Under the pieces are notes generated by a model that was not told the DNA's origin, made no database searches, and worked only from the letters and a program-made list of their open reading frames with translations. Position numbers and translations under genes: made by a program. 64,000 nucleotides of DNA from a virus (taxonomy: Duplodnaviria > Caudoviricetes), in the IMG/VR virus record IMGVR_UViG_3300028804_000002, positions 1-64,000 of that record; one strand, 5' to 3'. Shown piece after piece: positions 57,500 to 64,000 of the stretch (the stretch's first letter is position 1; every line of letters begins with the position of its first letter).

Positions 57500-58492
57500 T
57501 TAGTTATTAATTATTTTATTTATATAATAAGAATAATGTTCCTTTAAAAAAGGAAGAACATTATTTTGATTATTTTTTGCAAGATCTTGTTTAAGAAGTA
57601 TATGCGCATATGGTATGTCATAAATCTTCTTATAATTTTTCATAGCTTTAATACCAGGCTCATCATTATCAAGCATGGTTATTAAATATTTATACTTAGA
57701 TTTTAAATAATCAATCATATCATACTTTATATAAGTATTTTCTGATTTAGGTGCAACAGCTTCAACCTTTAGACCAACTGACATTAATGCCATTAAATCT
57801 TTTAATCCTGAAGTTATAATACAAACATCAGTATTATATTTAAGTTGATCCCATCCTATGAGATAATCTTTTTTAGTATTTAAATATTTTATTTTTGGAT
57901 TTTCAGGCTGATATATTTGATATAAACCTTGTTTTTCAGAATAGAAACCAAAAGAATAATTTGCAAATCTTCCAGCTTCTTGATCTCCTTTAAGAATAGT
58001 GTATTCTTTAAGGGGTTGAACGTTATAATCTATAAGAATTTTTTTACCTATTTGAAATTGTCTCCAAAATTCAAAATCGTTTTCTTTATATTGTCTTGGA
58101 CATACTTTATAAGTAATATAATCATACATTATTTCTGCATTGTCATATTCATCAAGATTACCTCCTTCATCTAAAAATTTCTCATAAGTAGTTAAAATGT
58201 TATCTAAAGTTACACTATAAGTCTTACTAAGAATTGTTTGAACAAAATCAATAACATCTCCACCTTGTCCGCTAGAATGATCATACCAAAGATATTTATT
58301 TAATCTTTCGTTATAATATATACAAAGAGAAGGTTCAGTATCTCTATTTATAAATGATCTTATTTTAATAATTCTTCCATCAAAAGGTTGAACTATAGGT
58401 CTTCCAGACATTTCAGAATAATATTTATATATCCATGCTTCTGGTATATCTTTAATTTCTGTCTTTAACTTATTCATGTTATATAACACCAT
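57500..58492 (-). CDS. DNA primase (crAss type, TOPRIM)
   Basis: 'D..PS', 'G.GGDVIDFV', 'IITSGLKDLMAL' and 'MLDNDEPG'. Confidence 0.85.
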   Translation of the reverse strand: MVLYNMNKLKTEIKDIPEAWIYKYYSEMSGRPIVQPFDGRIIKIRSFINRDTEPSLCIYYNERLNKYLWYDHSSGQGGDVIDFVQTILSKTYSVTLDNILTTYEKFLDEGGNLDEYDNAEIMYDYITYKVCPRQYKENDFEFWRQFQIGKKILIDYNVQPLKEYTILKGDQEAGRFANYSFGFYSEKQGLYQIYQPENPKIKYLNTKKDYLIGWDQLKYNTDVCIITSGLKDLMALMSVGLKVEAVAPKSENTYIKYDMIDYLKSKYKYLITMLDNDEPGIKAMKNYKKIYDIPYAHILLKQDLAKNNQNNVLPFLKEHYSYYINKIINN

Positions 58493-58509
58493 ATCAATAA
58501 ATTTAAATT

Positions 58510-58540
58510 AAAAAAGCCCCTACATTTCTGTAGAGGCTTT
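58510..58540 (-). terminator. Rho-independent terminator (GAAA tetraloop)
   Basis: Minus strand AAAGCCUCUACA-GAAA-UGUAGGGGCUUUUUU, downstream of the SSB gene. Confidence 0.85.
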
Positions 58541-58563
58541 CTTTATTGAGTGCCTGAAATTGC

Positions 58564-59166
58564 TTAGAATGGCAAATCGTCAGTACTTTCTAGAGCTGTA
58601 TTCATCTGAGGAAGATCTATTTTCTTAAAATGAAAATTGTTATTTTCATCAAATTTAATAAGTTTCGAGTTCTCAGTTTCAACATCAATAGATTCTACAA
58701 AGTTATAACGAGGTAATAAAAGTTTAATACCTAATTTACCATCAGCTTTTGGATATTGCTCAGCAAATATAGTATATCTTGCCCACTTATTACCAGTAAT
58801 TATAGATTTTACATTATCAACAACTTCATCAAAACTATTTCCTGTAACTTGGTTTACTTCATCTTCAACTCCAAGAGCTATAGATATAGTTTTAAGTTTT
58901 TTCAAGAAATCTTTTTTCTGATCTTCTGTCTTCATGTAAACACCTATACCAATTTTACCAACTCTACCTTTATGTCCTTCGATAGGAGTAAAATTAGGAT
59001 CATTTATAGGTTTAGTCTCCATATGGAGAATCGCCTTTGGTGATCCAGTATTTGCACTTATTTTTAGTTCAATGTCATTTATTTTTAGTATCTGACCTGA
59101 ACCATATGAAATATATGGAGAACTGTTTTGCCTTTCTGTTGTATTTAATTCGCCTAAGTTATACAT
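58564..59166 (-). CDS. Single-stranded DNA-binding protein
   Basis: C-terminal 'DDLPF' acidic tip; position between the AAA ATPase and primase. Confidence 0.7.
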   Translation of the reverse strand: MYNLGELNTTERQNSSPYISYGSGQILKINDIELKISANTGSPKAILHMETKPINDPNFTPIEGHKGRVGKIGIGVYMKTEDQKKDFLKKLKTISIALGVEDEVNQVTGNSFDEVVDNVKSIITGNKWARYTIFAEQYPKADGKLGIKLLLPRYNFVESIDVETENSKLIKFDENNNFHFKKIDLPQMNTALESTDDLPF

Positions 59167-59219
59167 ATTTGTCTATTGTTTTTTTGTTTTTGATATTTCT
59201 TCCTCCATTAAGAAGAAAC

Positions 59220-59900
59220 TTATTCGTTATAATTCACAATTGTACTTCTTACTAATTCCAAATCATTAGGTATCCTTAATTCATTAAACATATCTTTTGG
59301 ACTCTTAGCTGGAGTCTCTCCATCTGTTTGAGTTTCAAAGAAATATTTAATTTCTTTACCTTCTTTTTTAGCTTTACCATAAAGTACTACCGTAAATAAA
59401 GCTTCAATTACTATTAATTGGTCAACTAATTTACCAACTGTTTTGGCCTTAATTTTAGAATCACCATCTATATTTTCTGATCTCTCTGGGTGAGTAAGAT
59501 AAAATACAGTTAGATCATCTCTCATATCTTTATATTTAGTACCAATAAGATATATATTTTTACCAATATCAGTAAACTTTTGATAACCAACTTCATGTGA
59601 TTTATTCATATATTCAAACGAAGCAACCAACGACCAATCATCGATTACTAACGTTTTCATTTGAGGTAACTTTTTGTCTACTATATCCATAACTTGTAAG
59701 ATTACACTAGGATTAGCAGATGCAACCATATTACCAGTATTTTCTTTACTATTAAATGGTGTATAAAGCGATTTCCAGCCTCTAAAAGGCAACGGTTTAT
59801 TAGCACAATTAATAATAAAAGTTGTTTTTGGATCTAGTGTTTCTATTGATGTAGATTTACCAGATCCTGGTTCTGCAATTATAAGAGCATTATAAGCCAT
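59220..59900 (-). CDS. AAA ATPase (AAA_24/Sak4-like)
   Basis: 'EPGSGKST' Walker A, 'LVIDD' Walker B, 'KTVGKL' and 'AKSP..MF...IPNDL'. Confidence 0.85.
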   Translation of the reverse strand: MAYNALIIAEPGSGKSTSIETLDPKTTFIINCANKPLPFRGWKSLYTPFNSKENTGNMVASANPSVILQVMDIVDKKLPQMKTLVIDDWSLVASFEYMNKSHEVGYQKFTDIGKNIYLIGTKYKDMRDDLTVFYLTHPERSENIDGDSKIKAKTVGKLVDQLIVIEALFTVVLYGKAKKEGKEIKYFFETQTDGETPAKSPKDMFNELRIPNDLELVRSTIVNYNE

Positions 59901-59911
59901 AACTTTTTATA

Positions 59912-59943
59912 CAAAGTTAAGACAAATTTTTTACATTACCAAA
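59912..59943 (-). promoter_or_regulatory. Bacteroidota-type promoter
   Basis: Minus strand TTTG-N20-TAACTTTG. Confidence 0.8.
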
Positions 59944-60428
59944 CAATTTTCTGTTTTTTCATAATTATGTACATAAGTAACTTCAATACTCTTTGTAACT
60001 TCTCTAAATTTCTCGGAATTTACAAATTTTATAAAAGCATCATTGTATTTCTTTATATCTTCAGGATCTATATATAAACCATCTTCTTGTTGCCTTCTTT
60101 TATTTCTTTTATTGGCTTTAAACAAGTCTATAGTAAATACTTTAATCTTTACATTAAAACAGGATATAAGATATCTTAGAGCCTCTATATCGAGCTGAAA
60201 TCCATCTATAACGGCATTTCTATTATCATCTATACCATCGATCATACTAAGAATATTCTCCATAGATGCGGTGATAATATCCTCACTTTTTTTATCGGAC
60301 GGTAGACTACCAAACATCATTATTTTAAGATCATCCATACTTAATCTTACATAATTCTTTTTGGTTAAATTTAGACAATAAGTAGTTTTACCTGCACATA
60401 TTTGTCCAATCACTAATTTCACTATCAT
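59931..60428 (-). CDS. P-loop kinase (AAA_33/polynucleotide kinase-like)
   Basis: 'GQICAGKTT', 'RLSMDDLK', 'AVIDG' and lid 'RNKRR'. Confidence 0.75.
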   Translation of the reverse strand: MIVKLVIGQICAGKTTYCLNLTKKNYVRLSMDDLKIMMFGSLPSDKKSEDIITASMENILSMIDGIDDNRNAVIDGFQLDIEALRYLISCFNVKIKVFTIDLFKANKRNKRRQQEDGLYIDPEDIKKYNDAFIKFVNSEKFREVTKSIEVTYVHNYEKTENCLVM

Positions 60429-60460
60429 AAAAATATACTTAAAGTAAAACTGACAATTAA

Positions 60461-60724
60461 TTAACCTTTAGTTGCTGGAGTATAAAACCAACGACATACC
60501 TTACGGCCATTGTTTGTTATACCTGTAGCATCTGCAGTCTTTTTTACCAAATTTCTTTCACTAAAACGATTCAAACATTTACTCACTTGTGTAACGGTCA
60601 AATGTCCATTATAAATGGTATTTGCTCCAGTACATATTTGTTCAGTTGTCATCTTTGCATTACGTCTCTTACGAAGATACGTTAATACTGCCTTATTTTG
60701 ATTTGATGTTTTATTTTTTATCAT
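60461..60724 (-). CDS. Winged-helix DNA-binding protein
   Basis: 'MTTEQI...LTVTQVSKCLNRFSERNLVKK' wHTH-like pattern; basic composition. Confidence 0.55.
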   Translation of the reverse strand: MIKNKTSNQNKAVLTYLRKRRNAKMTTEQICTGANTIYNGHLTVTQVSKCLNRFSERNLVKKTADATGITNNGRKVCRWFYTPATKG

Positions 60725-60792
60725 TCTATTACTTTTTTGATTTTTGTTTGAAATATTGATTCTTATTGCCAGTTCTACTCTAAGTAATAATT

Positions 60793-61893
60793 TTACCAGT
60801 TTGGATTTCTTTGCTTTATATAACTGTAGTTATTTTGTGTTATTTGATCTGATTTTGGAAGTTCTTTAAAATAATTAACCGCTCCATCAAAATACATACC
60901 TATATTAATATTTTGTATTCCAAAACGATTTTTAAATACATTAAGATTTCTATAGGCATCTCCCATCTCTAAAATATTATATCCGCGATAATTTTTAATA
61001 TCATGTTTATATGGAGAGAATATACCTAATGCAATATCACAATCATTATATGTCAGTTTACTTTCAGCTAAATTAGCTTTATTTGGTTCTAATTTTTCTG
61101 CTTTAAAATGAGATAAATTTTCACCTTCGGCTGCTTGTTGTTGAATTAAAACTGGTATATAATGATATCTATTTTTTAATCTTACAAAATCCTTTGATAA
61201 TTTTTCTATAGTTTGTTTTATAGCCATGCCTTGTTCTAGATTTAATAAACTAGCATGATCAACTATAATTATAACATACTCATTAGGATTGTTAGGTATG
61301 TATCTATCAAATCCAAGAACTTCTTTTTCTATTATAGATCCATCATTTTGTTTTTCTTTTATTATAAAAGATTTTTTAAGTATTTTACCATTAGCTTTGG
61401 CGTAATTCTCAATATCTTTTATTATACCAGTTGGATTTAATACATTATCGTTTATAACTAAATTATCTTCAAGTTTTTCAAAATACTCTTCGGTTTCCAT
61501 CAGAGCCATATATATATCATCTGAGAGTCTATTTTTACCTACAGATTGAAGTATATTAATATTAGCTCGGATATCATAATGATCATACAATCTACGAGTC
61601 ATCCATTGAGTCATTTTTGTTTCTTTATCTAACTCTAAAGAGTAATAAAAAACTTTAAATGTTACATCTACTTCTTCTAATCTTGTAAATTCATTAGGAG
61701 TAAATATAAATAAATGATCTGTTAATTGTGATTTACCAGCTCCTGAAGCTCCAGAAACTAGATAATATCTTTTTTGTTGAATACCTGGTAAATATTCTGA
61801 AAATCTTGGTAGTATACCATTAAATGGTATACAGTTGTCTTTCTTGAATCGATTATTTTCAATTCTTTCTAGAGCAACTTTGTATGTTGACAT
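60793..61893 (-). CDS. Replicative helicase (DnaB-like, SF4)
   Basis: 'SGASGAGKS', 'YYSLE', 'IIVDH', 'IQQQ' and 'KNRFG'. Confidence 0.88.
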   Translation of the reverse strand: MSTYKVALERIENNRFKKDNCIPFNGILPRFSEYLPGIQQKRYYLVSGASGAGKSQLTDHLFIFTPNEFTRLEEVDVTFKVFYYSLELDKETKMTQWMTRRLYDHYDIRANINILQSVGKNRLSDDIYMALMETEEYFEKLEDNLVINDNVLNPTGIIKDIENYAKANGKILKKSFIIKEKQNDGSIIEKEVLGFDRYIPNNPNEYVIIIVDHASLLNLEQGMAIKQTIEKLSKDFVRLKNRYHYIPVLIQQQAAEGENLSHFKAEKLEPNKANLAESKLTYNDCDIALGIFSPYKHDIKNYRGYNILEMGDAYRNLNVFKNRFGIQNINIGMYFDGAVNYFKELPKSDQITQNNYSYIKQRNPNW

Positions 61894-61911
61894 TTAATTG
61901 ATTTAATATGA

Positions 61912-62307
61912 TCATTCTTCTATCATATTTCTTTCAAGAACTTTTTTCAAATAATCAACAAAGCTTTGTGTTCCACCACCCTTATCAAAATTGTATTCTC
62001 TTTGTATTTCTTTGATACAATCTTGTATAGCAGAGTTATAGATCTTTTTAACATCTCGAAAAACTCCTTTTTCTTGAGTAGGTCCAAATATCCACATCTC
62101 TTTAAAATAAATTATGGATTCAGGAAGCTTTTTCTTTTGTTTTCCATATATTGCTGCTATTTTACTTTCAATGTCATCATCTAAGGTAAATACAGTTTCA
62201 AGCTTATTTTTCTCAGGAATAGATGTTTCATCCGGATGACCTGATATTAGTAAGTTTTTAGTATCTGCTTCAACCTTATTTATACATAATTCTTCAAGTG
62301 AAAACAT
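61912..62307 (-). CDS. Hypothetical protein
   Basis: 131-aa ORF in operon context. Confidence 0.55.
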   Translation of the reverse strand: MFSLEELCINKVEADTKNLLISGHPDETSIPEKNKLETVFTLDDDIESKIAAIYGKQKKKLPESIIYFKEMWIFGPTQEKGVFRDVKKIYNSAIQDCIKEIQREYNFDKGGGTQSFVDYLKKVLERNMIEE

Positions 62308-62309
62308 AT

Positions 62310-62843
62310 TTAAACATTTATATCAAATTCTTCATTCACTTCATCTCCTGATTTTATCTTCTCACACCATTCAGCTAAAGAAGAGGATTTTATCTTACTA
62401 CTATCTTGTTTACTTATAAAATTCGATGCAGTTTGCATGTATCTATAATCCTGTTTAGCGTAATATTTAACATACTCTTTAGTTGCTTTAAATATTATAC
62501 CCCAAGAATACTCGTAAGCTTTCATAAACCATTTAAGTTTATCATCTAATTCTTTATATGTTGATCTCGCAGATTTTCCATTAGGTAAAATACCTTTTGG
62601 AAATAGCTCCCTAAACTTATTTACTGGATCTATTTCATCTACAACACCAAATAAATCTTTAGACTTTTGAGTAAAATTATCTTCTTTATCTAAAAATCCA
62701 TTCTTTCTTAATATTCTTTTAGAAAGATGTTCATTAAAGCTAAATTCTTCTTTGATATCTTTAGCCATAAAAGATAAAACTGTAAACTCATTTGGTGATA
62801 ACCCTATTTGCTTTAACTTTTTATATAATTGTATTATTTCCAT
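62310..62843 (-). CDS. Putative replication initiator/helicase-loader-like protein (HTH plus C-terminal domain)
   Basis: N-terminal HTH-like region; 'FRELFP...ATKEYV...YMQTASNFI'; lies upstream of the helicase. Confidence 0.45.
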   Translation of the reverse strand: MEIIQLYKKLKQIGLSPNEFTVLSFMAKDIKEEFSFNEHLSKRILRKNGFLDKEDNFTQKSKDLFGVVDEIDPVNKFRELFPKGILPNGKSARSTYKELDDKLKWFMKAYEYSWGIIFKATKEYVKYYAKQDYRYMQTASNFISKQDSSKIKSSSLAEWCEKIKSGDEVNEEFDINV

Positions 62844-62864
62844 TAAATAATGATAATAAACATA

Positions 62865-63305
62865 TTACTCATAGTGTCTTCCAATAATTTCTTTGCCATT
62901 ATTTATCCTTCTTCCATATTTATCTTCTTTTTCAGCTAATTGTCCTATTACTTTACCTTCCGGTGTTATAATATTACCTTGAGAATCTTTTCTTGTACCA
63001 AATCCATATAAATTTTCAAGTTGAAGAATTTCATTTTCTAATTCAATTTCTTCAATAGAATCATCATCAGGAGGATCAAATGTTAAAGGATAATTATTTT
63101 GAATAAGTTTTGGATCTGGTTTTGAAGTTTCTTTTGGATGACCCTTTGAAGCAAGATATTTTTTATAGGCTCTGATATATTTATATTTTTCTTTTTTTTT
63201 ATCACCAGTAAATCTATTTTTATTATTATCTTGTCTTCTTTTTTTATTAAGATTCTTATTTCTTTTTCTACTCATGATTAAAAGTTTAATATAAACTTGA
63301 TCCAT
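62865..63305 (-). CDS. Hypothetical protein, basic N-half and acidic C-half
   Basis: ORF in operon context; the true start may be 'MSRKR' at 63275. Confidence 0.5.
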   Translation of the reverse strand: MDQVYIKLLIMSRKRNKNLNKKRRQDNNKNRFTGDKKKEKYKYIRAYKKYLASKGHPKETSKPDPKLIQNNYPLTFDPPDDDSIEEIELENEILQLENLYGFGTRKDSQGNIITPEGKVIGQLAEKEDKYGRRINNGKEIIGRHYE

Positions 63306-63651
63306 CTAAAGAATAAGGATTATTAATTTCTCCATCAACTGTGGTTTCTTTAATTTTTTGATTCAAAACCATTTCATTATAGTAATCAATAAGATACTTA
63401 GCTATATTGAATTCATTATTTGTTGGAATTATAAGATATTGAATACCTAATTTTTTTGGAATATAACCAATACATAAATCACTCCAACTTACAGAAGTAG
63501 CAGCTCTACTACCTTTTTCTACACTAGTAAACATATAGGTATCTCCACCATCACTGGTCATAACTCTATATTCTCCTTCAGCAAGTATTTTTATTAATTT
63601 ATATAAATCAGCTTTTAGAGCTTTGGTCATTACCATCTCTATTTGTACCAT
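63286..63651 (-). CDS. Hypothetical protein
   Basis: 121-aa ORF in operon context. Confidence 0.55.
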   Translation of the reverse strand: MVQIEMVMTKALKADLYKLIKILAEGEYRVMTSDGGDTYMFTSVEKGSRAATSVSWSDLCIGYIPKKLGIQYLIIPTNNEFNIAKYLIDYYNEMVLNQKIKETTVDGEINNPYSLDGSSLY

Positions 63652-63880
63652 AATTGTCTTCTTTAATGTGAGTTGTATAATTCTGTACTATCTCTCTATA
63701 GGCCCTATATTTGTGAAGAACAATTGTTCGATCTTCTGTCATATATTGTTCTACTAGTAAAGTATTTGGATTTTTTTCAATTATTTCTACCCTTCTATTA
63801 CGATTATCATATATAGTATCTCCTACATTTAAATTATAAGCATCTTCTTCTGACATTAAATTTAGTTTCATAATTTCCAA
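63608..63880 (-). CDS. Hypothetical protein
   Basis: ORF directly downstream of the promoter at 63887-63917. Confidence 0.55.
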   Translation of the reverse strand: MEIMKLNLMSEEDAYNLNVGDTIYDNRNRRVEIIEKNPNTLLVEQYMTEDRTIVLHKYRAYREIVQNYTTHIKEDNYGTNRDGNDQSSKS

Positions 63881-63886
63881 GATTTA

Positions 63887-63917
63887 CAAAGATACAACTT
63901 AAACATTAATTATCAAA
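63887..63917 (-). promoter_or_regulatory. Bacteroidota-type promoter
   Basis: Minus strand TTTG-N19-TATCTTTG. Confidence 0.75.
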
Positions 63918-64000
63918 ATAAACCTTAAAAATTAATATCTAATTTTCCTAATGTTTCAGAATATTGATTAGGATTATCAATTAATGTTCTTGCATTATGA

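Noticed and set aside
45090-62184. Short plus-strand or nested ORFs in the replication block (e.g. 45090, 50472, 51027, 54319, 56010, 56231, 56421)
   Set aside because: They overlap well-supported genes and show no independent signals.
1-64000. Stop-codon reassignment (TAG/TGA), known in some crAss-like phages
   Set aside because: The standard code gives uninterrupted ORFs up to 14 kb and near-complete coding density; TGA serves as a normal stop in ATGA overlaps.
1-64000. CRISPR arrays, tRNAs, DGR repeats, integrase or transposase
   Set aside because: No regularly spaced repeats, cloverleaf, reverse transcriptase or recombinase motifs were seen by eye. A tRNAscan/repeat search would be needed to exclude them fully.
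63931-64000. 3' end of a further minus-strand ORF
   Set aside because: Too little sequence at the window edge to call.

Overview
AT-rich 64-kb segment of a crAss-like (Crassvirales-related) bacteriophage read in the standard genetic code, most likely infecting Bacteroidota: five exact TTTG-N19/20-TAnnTTTG host-type promoters are present. The + strand (1-36.6 kb) is the late virion block. It holds tail ring and muzzle proteins, a ClpP-like protease, and five virion cargo/ejection proteins, including a 4665-aa virion RNA polymerase with the DFDID motif. Three free-standing homing endonucleases (HNH, LAGLIDADG, GIY-YIG) are interleaved among the cargo genes. The - strand (36.6-64 kb) is the replication and nucleotide block: DnaB-like helicase, AAA ATPase, SSB, primase, PD-(D/E)XK nucleases, dUTPase, class II RNR, MazG-like protein, family B DNA polymerase and a metallophosphatase. 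The most striking element is a ~9.4-kb, 11-gene peptide-ligation/gamma-glutamyl cluster (48054-57493) lying between primase and resolvase. It encodes an ATP-grasp ligase, two glutamine-synthetase-fold amidoligases, three glutamine amidotransferase-family proteins, a GGCT-like protein, two GNAT-like proteins and a small coupled basic ORF, an expanded version of the phiEco32-type cluster. Other notable signals: a cargo protein whose cell-wall-active domains are delimited by repeated xxxGG motifs, a helix-flanked zincin cassette and a permuted SLOG domain inside the RNAP, and a ~160-nt rod-like intergenic hairpin. All calls come from motifs read by eye; no database searches were run.
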